A DNA stretch of 64,000 nucleotides from assembly GCA_963664435.2 (NCBI GenBank), contig CAXXKM010000002.1, forward strand, positions 256,001 to 320,000. The letters run 5' to 3'. The position numbers were made by a program, and so were the translations under genes. The notes beneath the pieces are model-generated. The model was not told the DNA's origin. It ran no database searches and saw only the letters and a list, made by a program, of their open reading frames with translations. This stretch comes from Longimicrobiales bacterium. GTDB taxonomy: Bacteria; Gemmatimonadota; Gemmatimonadetes; Longimicrobiales; Gaopeijiaceae. Positions 52,001-59,803 of this stretch are shown in pieces (the stretch's first letter is position 1; each line of letters starts with the position of its first letter).

Positions 52001-53346
52001 TGGAGCGCGACGATCTGGACCGTGGAGTCTGGCGCGACGCAAAGCAAGAGGCTCGGCTCTATGGCAAGGGTCGTTGGCATGAGATCAGTGACTCACTCGT
52101 GGTCGATGATGTCCGATCCCCCTTCATTCGCCAACTGCTTACAGCCAACCGCGTAGCCATCTCAGCCGCACACCTCGGAGGAGCCCCAGAACAGATTCGC
52201 CTCGTTGCGGCCGAACTTGGGATCGCCTGCCTTTCGACCAAGATCAAAGTAAGTGAGGGACCTGAGCTTCCCCGCCCGCCGTGGATGGACAATTTAGAGA
52301 GACTCTTGGCGGCTCTCGGCACCCTTGAGGGCCGCCAACCGCTGAGGAGAATCACATGCCGCAAACACCTCGCGTTGCGCGTCGAAGGCGAGAGCCACCA
52401 AGTCACCGCCTATTTCGTCCATGATGAACTCATGGTCACCGGGACTCCAGAGACCTTCGGTACGGAAGCGGCCGAGCAACTCGTCGAGCAGTTCCAGTTG
52501 GGACAGCGAGGTAACTCGATACCGCGGCTGACGGCAGCGCTTGGTTCCCTTGCGGTGGATGAACGGTTTTCTGAGAATCTGAAGGTGCTCGCTAGCGGTC
52601 TCGGGTTGTCCGTACCAGAGCCGACCTTGAGACCTGAAGCAGACACCGGAGAAACCCTGCCGTCAGGTCGCGTTGATCCGGAACCAGCAGTTACGACTCG
52701 AACCGTCCCGGATTCGCGACCTGAACCGCCCGACGGCCAAAGCCGCAGGGTCCCACCCAGGGATCAGGCCGCCCAATCCCCAAAGACCACACCTGATTCG
52801 AGCCCTGCAGCAGACCAATTCGCGATCCTCATCGGCAGGAATCAGGGAAAGGCGTCCTCGGTGCCAACTGCGGGGGGCTCAGATGCGGTCGAGCTAACCA
52901 AGACCAAGACTCCCCCGAAGGACGATAAGAAAGCGCGTGCTACCGTGGTCAAGTACGAGACACGGCACAGGCGGCGGGCTGAGGAAATGCCAGCCGGTCA
53001 ACCGGGCTTCGATGTTCTCAGCGACGACCCCGAGACGGGGCGGCAGCGACGCATCGAAGTGAAGGGTGTCAAGGGGGATTTCGCGGAGGATGCGAGCGTG
53101 CTTCTCACGGCACGCCAGGTGGAAGACGCCCTCCAGCACAAACAGCCCGACGTGCAATACTGGCTCTATGTAGTCGATCGCACGGAGACGGATAATCCGC
53201 GGGTTTTTCCCATCCCATGGACACGGAATCGCAGCCAGCTTCGATACGGTTTCTATGCTGAAATGTGGGCGCAGTGTGCGGAAAGGGAACCGCGACACTC
53301 CGATACGATAGTTCGGCAAGAGGACGTAGAATCGGAGGTTCGGTGA
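49045..53346 (+). CDS. Sacsin-like GHKL ATPase with C-terminal DUF3883 (NOV-C, PD-(D/E)xK-like) domain
   Basis: YELSQNAIDAGA, IGFMGVGFKSVF, FGFHLQADW; C-terminal PGFDVLS...IEVKG...YWLYVV. Confidence 0.85.
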   Translation: MSEVTSGKDRGVTVNGGERERRAFVEQVRHENEKDFGPSARRAVDRMLAAGHPHPWAYVYELSQNAIDAGARRISWLTNGGSLSFQHDGDVALDKPAVRGLSSIGASTKGQDAIGFMGVGFKSVFNRFRTARVSGCGWRIKFDIGIRRGALDTTFPDRFDALRPHWDPERLDPDAGCTTAFFFTNPVDPAACLADDLAHLASPDDPTPLSVLALRGLEQVCIDDVTWDLSVRDGVVEVRRAPDGLSRRWRFFVSCYRPDDAAMRRFLQARQDLTYQEASGSERPKRSVVALVPLDEDGLPNPPSQGRVYATLPTRVPIPFGFHLQADWLVNLERQSLRAIRGDPWQEAIVQQVPVLVREMLLWLKEESESARSRGYRILSGPTRVEGEISDVLGALRSDFVRLLGDLEIVPVLGSETRRFSTPQEIVRLPGRFLSEFGKRPAWRPDLLFDRDLMDEGLLGSRAVQFANWLGWGLDIDPDDVEWTVTLPLWWSAAGGNTDALFALWSCVSEQEWHHAPVVPTEADGWLPADETCWLNEEPPSVKEPSGAVVAAALAGFLPAAEQRLPPRIRALVNRDRTSHPGVTWLKERHREQRLKDIVRQVCTDAGDGDAFPLVELLDWAVARGANRHDLVPLVLTEDGAHKPSAALLAGPLVPGGEDRRRLFPSVPALVEDYAFIDDQQAAVRFIEGLGVRGDATLKEERHDVGRNKQAVGKLLGIEVDRIEPAARWSGWTVLDYDLPFQVQTVPLDALQRWLSREHTLLAHKGRLKASSSFHGPKTTDGERPSKWVKTLEELPWILCEDGQRRKPADLLIDADPDYEDAPLARIDPDLANRLKQEGVRFGADISLSPVLRRLEKRGSSNLPDADLAGLLEDALAEIEAGTVTRDELIATLRSVKLRGVPLERVVREAGRPGTRSDLGGWVVALSSVEAVLATAVDRIEIELPRTTTGQQALGYLSERWRRRPESVGEIRAHIASAYRYVLQDLERDDLDRGVWRDAKQEARLYGKGRWHEISDSLVVDDVRSPFIRQLLTANRVAISAAHLGGAPEQIRLVAAELGIACLSTKIKVSEGPELPRPPWMDNLERLLAALGTLEGRQPLRRITCRKHLALRVEGESHQVTAYFVHDELMVTGTPETFGTEAAEQLVEQFQLGQRGNSIPRLTAALGSLAVDERFSENLKVLASGLGLSVPEPTLRPEADTGETLPSGRVDPEPAVTTRTVPDSRPEPPDGQSRRVPPRDQAAQSPKTTPDSSPAADQFAILIGRNQGKASSVPTAGGSDAVELTKTKTPPKDDKKARATVVKYETRHRRRAEEMPAGQPGFDVLSDDPETGRQRRIEVKGVKGDFAEDASVLLTARQVEDALQHKQPDVQYWLYVVDRTETDNPRVFPIPWTRNRSQLRYGFYAEMWAQCAEREPRHSDTIVRQEDVESEVR

Positions 53347-53468
53347 TTCCCGCCATTCGATAGCGGTTTCCCCGCGATTTCAGCCCTGCGGCATCAGACG
53401 TGGGCCAAGGGCAGGAAGCGCAGATCGTGCAGTCCTGTAAGATTTTGGACGATTCCCTGCCCTGATTC
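53346..53468 (+). repeat. Diverged copy of the island right-end sequence
   Basis: Colinear with 59635-59757: ATTCCCGCCATTC, GCAGATCGTGCAGTCC and TTTGGACGATTCC shared at the same spacing. Confidence 0.8.
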
Positions 53469-54371
53469 GTGCCATTCTCAACCTGTCGGCCCGTAGGTTC
53501 CTCCCAGGATCTACGATCGCCCGTGTCCGATGGTACGGGTGGGGCAGAGCGCGGCGGCGCGGCAGCGAGCGCCGCCGTCGCCAAGAAGTGACGCGTCGCC
53601 CGACGGCCTATAGCCGTCCTTGAGGCTGGCGACCAAGGGGTCGAGGAACTGGCCCGCAATGGTCGGATGTCTGCCGTTTCGGGCGGTGCGCGGGAGCGTT
53701 TGGGGGGCGTCCGCAGGGCTGGCTCACGACCGTGGGTGGTCGTAAGCGCCTACCCTCGGTAAGACCCAAGGGCTGGCGGGCGGCTCCGCCCCCTCGACGC
53801 CCGGACAGTCCGCGCCGAAGCGCGCAAGGATCGCGGCCGACGGTTTCGCCGCCGACCGCCGCCGGACGGCCATCGCCGCAACGGCGACGAGGTTCCTGAG
53901 GCGGCCTCCGTCCTCGGCCGCGCCGAACACCGGCGCGGAAGGCCCAGGGGTCTAAGGGGGGCGGAGCCACCCCCTTTGCCAGCCGCAGTGTTCAACACTG
54001 CGTGGGCTGCTCCCGCACCATAAGGGCGCGAGACAGCCCCCCGGTAAGCGGGCCGAACGGCCGGCGGCGACGGGAATCTCGGGTCGGCGGAGTCTCCATG
54101 CCATCTGTCAGGAGCGGCGGCTCCGGGAGGTGTTCGCCCCCGGAGAATTGACGCGCAGAATCGCCGATGTCGTGAACGAACTCGGGCTACAGCCATGGAA
54201 GCCGCCCGAGCCGCTCGATCCCATCGAGGAGAAGGAGGTGAATCTGGTCGTCTGGATGGGAGTTCTGGAAGCGGTCCATTGACTGAGATGCAGCGAAGCT
54301 CTCATCTTGGCGCTGCCGAACTCTAGTGTCTGCTTCCACTCCCAGCCACTTCCCGAGACCCCAGAGACTCC

Positions 54372-55772
54372 ATGCCTAGAGTCGCGAGCCTGCCGATCAA
54401 GCAGCTGCAGCTAGACCTCAGAAACTTCCGAACGGTGCCGCAAGCAAACGAAGAGGAAGCCGTAGACGCGATGGTGTCTATCCGACCCGGCTGGTTCTGG
54501 GCGCTCATGGAGAGTCTCTTGGACAGCGGCTACCTCCCCATAGAGAGCGTTCTCGTGCTTGAGGGCGTGGGTTCCGACGGGAAACCGACCTTCACGGTCA
54601 AGGAAGGGAACCGTCGCGTAGCGGCCCTGAAAATCGCGCACGGACTCTTGAGTCGTTCACACCTCGAAGTTCCAGCGAACATCGAGAGCAACTTGGCCGA
54701 TGTATCGAGTGGTTGGCGGGCCGAGACCGACGAGGTTCCCTGCATCATCTATCCGGCGTCGGAAAGCGACACCGTGGACCGTATCGTCACGCTCGCCCAC
54801 GGCAAAGGGCAGAAAGCGGGCCGCAGCAACTGGACCGCAGTCGCACGTGCAAGACACAGTCGCGACGTCAACGGCGCGAACGAACCGGCGCTCGATCTAC
54901 TTGAAGCCTACCTGAAGGACGGTAAGAACCGAACACCCCTGCAGGCCCAGCAGTGGGCAGGTGACTACCCGCTAACTGTGCTCGCGGAAGCAATGAATCG
55001 GGTCGCTGGACGCTTGGAAGCGGATTCCGCACGGGACCTCGCAAGCCAATACCCATCGATCTCCCATAGAGACGCGGTTGAAGCCATCACACGAGATATT
55101 GGGTTAGGACTGCTAACCTTCAAGGACATCCGCCAGCCGGAGGCGGATTTCGCGGCGCGCTACGGCATTCCGCGGGCCCCTGACGGGGATGCTTCCAAGG
55201 GTACGTCCAGGAAATCAAAGGAACAGGAAGGACAGAAAAGAGGAGCCAGTAAGAAGGAGACCAAGCGGGGGGCCAAGACCAGGAGTACGAAAGCAGAAGC
55301 CTCAAGTTTGCGCGATCCCAAGGCCGTTAAGGCAATGGTCAACGGTTTCAAGCCTCGGGGATCGGATCGCGAGAAAGTGGTTCTTCTACGAAACGAGATG
55401 CGTTCGTTGGTCCTCAAGAATAACCCCCTGGCTTTCTGCTTCCTTCTCCGTAGCATGTTCGAGATTTCCGCGAAGGCGTACTGCGGGGACCAGGGTGCCA
55501 AGGGCGGGCTCTCCACCAAGAAGAACGGCAAAGATCGACCTCTAGTGGATATCCTCCGCGTCATCACGAAGCACTTGACGAAGAACAAGGCCGACAAGGA
55601 ACGTACTAAGCAGCTACACGGAGCAATGACAGAATTGGCACGACCGGAAGGCCTGTTGTCGGTAACCTCCATGAATCAACTGGTTCACAACCCGAAGTTC
55701 TCGGTGACGACGGGGGACGTCTGTCAGCTGTTCGGTAACATATTCCCACTCCTGGAAGCGATGAATGAATGA
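54372..55772 (+). CDS. ParB/Srx-like N-terminal domain protein with a HEPN-like C-terminal domain
   Basis: LQLDLRNFR and VKEGNRRVAALK (ParB-like); LLRSMFEIS...MNQLVHNP (HEPN-like). Confidence 0.7.
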   Translation: MPRVASLPIKQLQLDLRNFRTVPQANEEEAVDAMVSIRPGWFWALMESLLDSGYLPIESVLVLEGVGSDGKPTFTVKEGNRRVAALKIAHGLLSRSHLEVPANIESNLADVSSGWRAETDEVPCIIYPASESDTVDRIVTLAHGKGQKAGRSNWTAVARARHSRDVNGANEPALDLLEAYLKDGKNRTPLQAQQWAGDYPLTVLAEAMNRVAGRLEADSARDLASQYPSISHRDAVEAITRDIGLGLLTFKDIRQPEADFAARYGIPRAPDGDASKGTSRKSKEQEGQKRGASKKETKRGAKTRSTKAEASSLRDPKAVKAMVNGFKPRGSDREKVVLLRNEMRSLVLKNNPLAFCFLLRSMFEISAKAYCGDQGAKGGLSTKKNGKDRPLVDILRVITKHLTKNKADKERTKQLHGAMTELARPEGLLSVTSMNQLVHNPKFSVTTGDVCQLFGNIFPLLEAMNE

Positions 55773-55860
55773 GCCTGGGCAACCCGGCGGAATGTGCTGG
55801 GGTCATGATGGTGAGGGGCTCTGATCGCATGCTACGTCACACCCATCCGGTACGCCCGGA

Positions 55861-55996
55861 GACGAGATCGACCGGGATGCGTGGGCGACGTAAGACGAAC
55901 GTCTCTCGCCCGTTCTACAAGCACGGGTCGCGGCGGATCGCGGTCAAGGGCATCAACCACCTCGGCAATCAGGCCATGAAGGTGTTCCGGGCGTAG
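55861..55996 (+). pseudogene. C-terminal remnant of a type III-associated DNA methyltransferase (Mod-like)
   Basis: EIDRDAWAT-stop, then SRPFYKHGSRRIAVKGINHLGNQAMKVFRA-stop in another frame, resembling the recalled Mod tail SRPF..GRIAVKVINHLGDEVMKV. Confidence 0.55.
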
Positions 55997-56025
55997 GCCG
56001 CACTCGCCCTTCGTGAGCCCTTCGG

Positions 56026-57114
56026 TCACACATCGAAACAGAAATCGTGTTCCACGAGTTTTGACGCCTTCGCGCCGCGAAATGCATTCGCCTGTGTGCC
56101 ATTGACCGTTGACGAAAAGCCACTGCTGGTAAGGGATACCTCTCGATCCAAGCCGCTCGCCAGCGCCCGGGACAGCCCATCCCGCAGTTCCGACTTCCCG
56201 AAACGTCGCCCACCAATTCGGACGACCACACGAGCGCGCTCGGCCAGCAGCCCCCGCCATCCTTCGACCGATTCCGTGACAAACTTCCAGTACTGTTTCT
56301 TGCAGTAGTGACGGTCGTCCTGCCGCTCATACGCAGCTCCCGGCCTGCCCCCAAGGAACCACAGCCTGAGCCATTGATCCTCACGGAAATTCGTCGTGTC
56401 CAGATACGGTGGTGACGTAATCACATCGGTCACGCGGCCGGTCAGCGACAGTAGCGCTTCGCCCGCTTGGCGCGCATCGGCCTCAACCACCTGTCCCTCA
56501 CTCTCGGGAGGGGGAGTTCGGAACCGGTAGTCGATCATTCGGTGCAGGATCTCGAATACGTCCCGGCGAGGCGGCTCGTGACTGTTCCTACGCCACCACC
56601 GGATGGAGTATCCAGGCTTCGTGCTGATCGTGCGCGGCATGCGATTGCTGAAGCAGTTCGGCGTGCGATGGGATTCGCCGTGGAGAGCCCCCAGGCAGAG
56701 CGCCGCTATGAAGCGGTCCTTTCGGCAGTTCCGCCAATCGAGTGCCGATCTCAGGTATCGAATTTGAGGGAGTGTTTCGGGATGATAGCATAGCTCGAAG
56801 AACTCCTGTATCTTCCCTTGCCAGCCGGGATCATTGGGTTCCTGGAAGTCGGCCTGCAACTCCTTGACCCGTTCCCGGGCATGCGCCGGGCTCGGCGGAA
56901 TAGCCTTGGCACCGGAGAGACATACCGCAACGGGATGTACGTCGCAGCCGGCAGCTTCCCTGCCCTGCAGCAAGGCTTGAAACACCGTTGTTCCCCTTCC
57001 GCAGAAGGGGTCGAAGACGACGCCATCATGGGGACTTGCCGCTAGCCGTGCTTTCACGAACGACTCGGGGAACATCGCGAAGTATGGGCAGATCGAGTGG
57101 AATCGATGCCTCAT
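56026..57114 (-). CDS. DNA amino-methyltransferase (probably N4-cytosine, alpha order)
   Basis: PYFAMFP, motif I DPFCGRGTT near the N-terminus, motif IV ITSPPY later. Confidence 0.88.
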   Translation of the reverse strand: MRHRFHSICPYFAMFPESFVKARLAASPHDGVVFDPFCGRGTTVFQALLQGREAAGCDVHPVAVCLSGAKAIPPSPAHARERVKELQADFQEPNDPGWQGKIQEFFELCYHPETLPQIRYLRSALDWRNCRKDRFIAALCLGALHGESHRTPNCFSNRMPRTISTKPGYSIRWWRRNSHEPPRRDVFEILHRMIDYRFRTPPPESEGQVVEADARQAGEALLSLTGRVTDVITSPPYLDTTNFREDQWLRLWFLGGRPGAAYERQDDRHYCKKQYWKFVTESVEGWRGLLAERARVVVRIGGRRFGKSELRDGLSRALASGLDREVSLTSSGFSSTVNGTQANAFRGAKASKLVEHDFCFDV

Positions 57115-58106
57115 GCGGCCTCCCGAGCACGGTCACGGTAGCTCGCGACCCAATCGACGACCGCCTGAAGCTGGTCGTACGCTTCGATGTTCACGCCCGC
57201 CTCGACGAGCTTCCGCGCTTCAGAGACCCGCACGGGAACTCGTAGGCGGTGCAGCATGTTGCCCAAGGAGCGCACATGATCGCGCAGCTTCAGGTCGGCT
57301 ACCGCGAACGGCACGATCATGTAGGGAATGAATCGCGTTGCGGGCGAGTCCGCGAACCAACGCTGTTTGAACACGTCCAGATGGCCGAGCAGTGATTTGT
57401 CTTTCCAGTCCTTGCCGGTGGCGACTTGGGCAACGGCAAGCAGAAACCCAGGCTGTCGATCCGGATGAAGACGAGCGGCGAAGACATCTACCTTGTCGTC
57501 TTTGGGGCGCTCCGGCGCACCGGGCTGCCGACTGACCGTGCCGTCCTCGAACGTTGACCAGATCTCCTTGAGTTTCCCGAGAAATGAGGACCCATCCGGC
57601 CGTGGGAAATCGAAACTCCAAGCAACTCCTTGAATCTCGGCCGCTAGAGCAGCCGTGCTCAGGTATTGGAAGAGCCGCCGAAGCCCTGGGATTTCCTCTT
57701 CCTCAGGAATCAACCGCGAGTTGGAAAGGACTGGCGAATGCAGATTCGACAAGACCAAGCTCAAGACGTATGCCGCTTTTCCGAGAGACTCCCCAACGGG
57801 CTCGTAGGTGAGGATATCTCCGTTGGGATCGAGCCAAAACGGATACGCAGAACCGAGCACCTCGTGTCTGCTTTCAATCCTCTGGATGACCTCAGACTTC
57901 ATCTCCTCCACCCCGTCTTTCATCTCGTCGTCAAGATCGGAGGGTTCCTCGTCGGCACCGATTGAAGCCTCGTTCGCGACATCGGAGGTTCGAACGAAGC
58001 CGTCCTCGGCGAAGAACGCTGCAAGCTCCAGGAAATCGGCAGCCGAATCGGGGTCTCGCAACTCTCCCACCAACTCATCGAGGGGGACGTAGAGGCCCAG
58101 TCTCAC
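57111..58106 (-). CDS. Hypothetical protein with a restriction-endonuclease-like PD-(D/E/Q)xK-type motif
   Basis: KDDKVDV...AQVATGKDWKDK; ATGA/GTGA overlaps with both neighbours. Confidence 0.6.
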   Translation of the reverse strand: MRLGLYVPLDELVGELRDPDSAADFLELAAFFAEDGFVRTSDVANEASIGADEEPSDLDDEMKDGVEEMKSEVIQRIESRHEVLGSAYPFWLDPNGDILTYEPVGESLGKAAYVLSLVLSNLHSPVLSNSRLIPEEEEIPGLRRLFQYLSTAALAAEIQGVAWSFDFPRPDGSSFLGKLKEIWSTFEDGTVSRQPGAPERPKDDKVDVFAARLHPDRQPGFLLAVAQVATGKDWKDKSLLGHLDVFKQRWFADSPATRFIPYMIVPFAVADLKLRDHVRSLGNMLHRLRVPVRVSEARKLVEAGVNIEAYDQLQAVVDWVASYRDRAREAA

Positions 58107-59239
58107 CGTTCCGTCTCCGCCCGTCGGCGCTTGTCGTTCATCCTCGAGTGTAGTACCTCGGCCGTTTCCTTGATGTCCTCCGATATCCCGAGTAGTGACT
58201 CATCCCGCCCGTCATAGGCTCGCACGGAGCCGATCGCTGCCTGTAGCGCCCGACGAGATTCGATCAGGGACTTGGTGAACCTTGCTGTCACGGGCTCCGC
58301 TACTTCGTGTGCGCGATCAAGGTTGCCGGTGATCTTCAGTTCATGAATCGCCTCCGGCTTGGCGAGCACCTCACCCAGCCGCTTGATGTCCGGGTTCTGC
58401 CTTTTGACGACGTGCTTCTCGTCGTCGGGCCGGTAGCCATATATCCACCGAAGAACTTGGCGAAGCTCTCCCGTCTTTTCGGCCGGCACCGGATCGAGCT
58501 CTGGATCGTAACGAGCCCAGCCACTGGCCAAGCCCAGATACGCCATGTATTCAGATCGGGACAGGGCGGTATACAGGTGGGAGAAGTTGAATTTCTTCGG
58601 ATACCGGTCTTCGACCTCGAACAGTGCCTCGTCGCTCGCCTGCTCCAGAACGTAGATCGCCGACACCATGCGCTTGATCGTATCGTGCCGGTCGCCGATC
58701 GCTCTCGCGATGTCGTCCAGACCGACACCCGAGTCCTTCGATTCCTTGTACCACTTCGCCGCAAACCGCGCTTTCGCGTAGGCGTCCCATTTCTGTGGGC
58801 CGTTGATGTGCTTGAAGCCGATCAGCGGCCGCGCCTGGATCCGGTCGGAAACCCGGTAGACGGTGACTTGGTCGAACGTAGGGCGTAGACTGTCCGGTAT
58901 CCCCGGGATGGTGAGATTCAGCCCCTCGTGGCTGCGGATTCGGGAGACGAAGTCCGGTTCCAAGAGCAGTCGGACGGCCGCGAGCCGCCGGTTCCCCTCC
59001 AGTACAACGAGTTCTCCACCCTCCGGTCCTTCCATCACGACTAGGGGCTCGATATCGAGGTATCCGTTGGAGGACATCGACTGGAGAAGCTCGTCGAGCT
59101 CGGCACTGCGGTAGAGCTCGGCGACCAACGCCTCGTCGGAGTGGCGCCCCGCCTGCCCCGTCAGACGCGGGTTCTGGCGATCCAAGCGGAGTTGCTCCAC
59201 CGAGACCTTGGTAGGATGCTCGACTCTTGGGAGGGTCAT
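58103..59239 (-). CDS. ParB/Srx-like N-terminal domain protein
   Basis: LRLDRQNPRL, EPLVV, VLEGNRRLAAV and KHINGPQKW motifs; ATG 59239 (alternative 59296). Confidence 0.78.
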   Translation of the reverse strand: MTLPRVEHPTKVSVEQLRLDRQNPRLTGQAGRHSDEALVAELYRSAELDELLQSMSSNGYLDIEPLVVMEGPEGGELVVLEGNRRLAAVRLLLEPDFVSRIRSHEGLNLTIPGIPDSLRPTFDQVTVYRVSDRIQARPLIGFKHINGPQKWDAYAKARFAAKWYKESKDSGVGLDDIARAIGDRHDTIKRMVSAIYVLEQASDEALFEVEDRYPKKFNFSHLYTALSRSEYMAYLGLASGWARYDPELDPVPAEKTGELRQVLRWIYGYRPDDEKHVVKRQNPDIKRLGEVLAKPEAIHELKITGNLDRAHEVAEPVTARFTKSLIESRRALQAAIGSVRAYDGRDESLLGISEDIKETAEVLHSRMNDKRRRAETER

Positions 59240-59766
59240 CTCTGGCTCCAGGTTCGCGGCGCTCGCATATGCAGGCGGGTATCCGTCGTACGCCATTCGA
59301 TCCTAAGCTGCTTGACGAAGGCGACTAATGGAAGAGCACGGTCGGCGGGGGTGCCGTTCCGGCCCCGAATTCCAAACATACCATGCCGGGCAGCCGCAGG
59401 TGTCCGCAATCCCGTCGCGAAGACCTCCTTGCCAGCCGCTAGCCTGTCACCCGTACAACGGGCTCGGCGGCCGCCGCGAATAGCGACGTGGCCCTTACCG
59501 TGATGTACAGGTCAGAGTCTCTCGGAGAAAGGAGACGGGTGGATCAAGAACGCCCAGGACCTTTCCGCAGAGCCCTGCTAGCCGGAATCGCTGCTCGGCA
59601 GAAGACCGCGACAGACGCGCTGTCGGTGACTGGCATTCCCGCCATTCTGGTACGATTCTCCCGCTATTCTGCGCGGATGGGATCAGCGACGCCCCAATGG
59701 CAAGGATGGCAGATCGTGCAGTCCCGGTTGACTTTGGACGATTCCTTGCCGTGATCCCCTCCCCCC

Positions 59767-59797
59767 TTGACCCTGACGTAACGTCAGGGTTTACCTT
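59767..59797 (+). promoter_or_regulatory. MerR-type promoter/operator
   Basis: -35 TTGACC (59767-59772), 19-bp spacer, -10 TACCTT (59792-59797); dyad ACCCTGACGT-A-ACGTCAGGGT (59770-59790); ATG 6 nt after the -10 (leaderless). Confidence 0.85.
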
Positions 59798-59803
59798 CCG
59801 TCC

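Larger units (their letters stand above)
29842..59786. mobile_element. ~30 kb tyrosine-integrase genomic island bounded by 24-bp direct repeats
   Basis: CCCCTTGATCCTGACGTAACGTCA (29842-29865) vs CCCCTTGACCCTGACGTAACGTCA (59763-59786), 1 mismatch; integrase ends 39 bp inside the left repeat; cargo of IS elements, pseudogenes and defence genes. Confidence 0.8.

Noticed and set aside
54140..54283. Short coding-like stretch (ELTRRIADVVNELGLQPWKPPEP...LEAVH)
   Set aside because: No clear start and too short to assign; likely a gene remnant
29842..59786. Island as a prophage, ICE or CRISPR-associated transposon
   Set aside because: No phage structural, T4SS, relaxase, Tns or cas genes recognised
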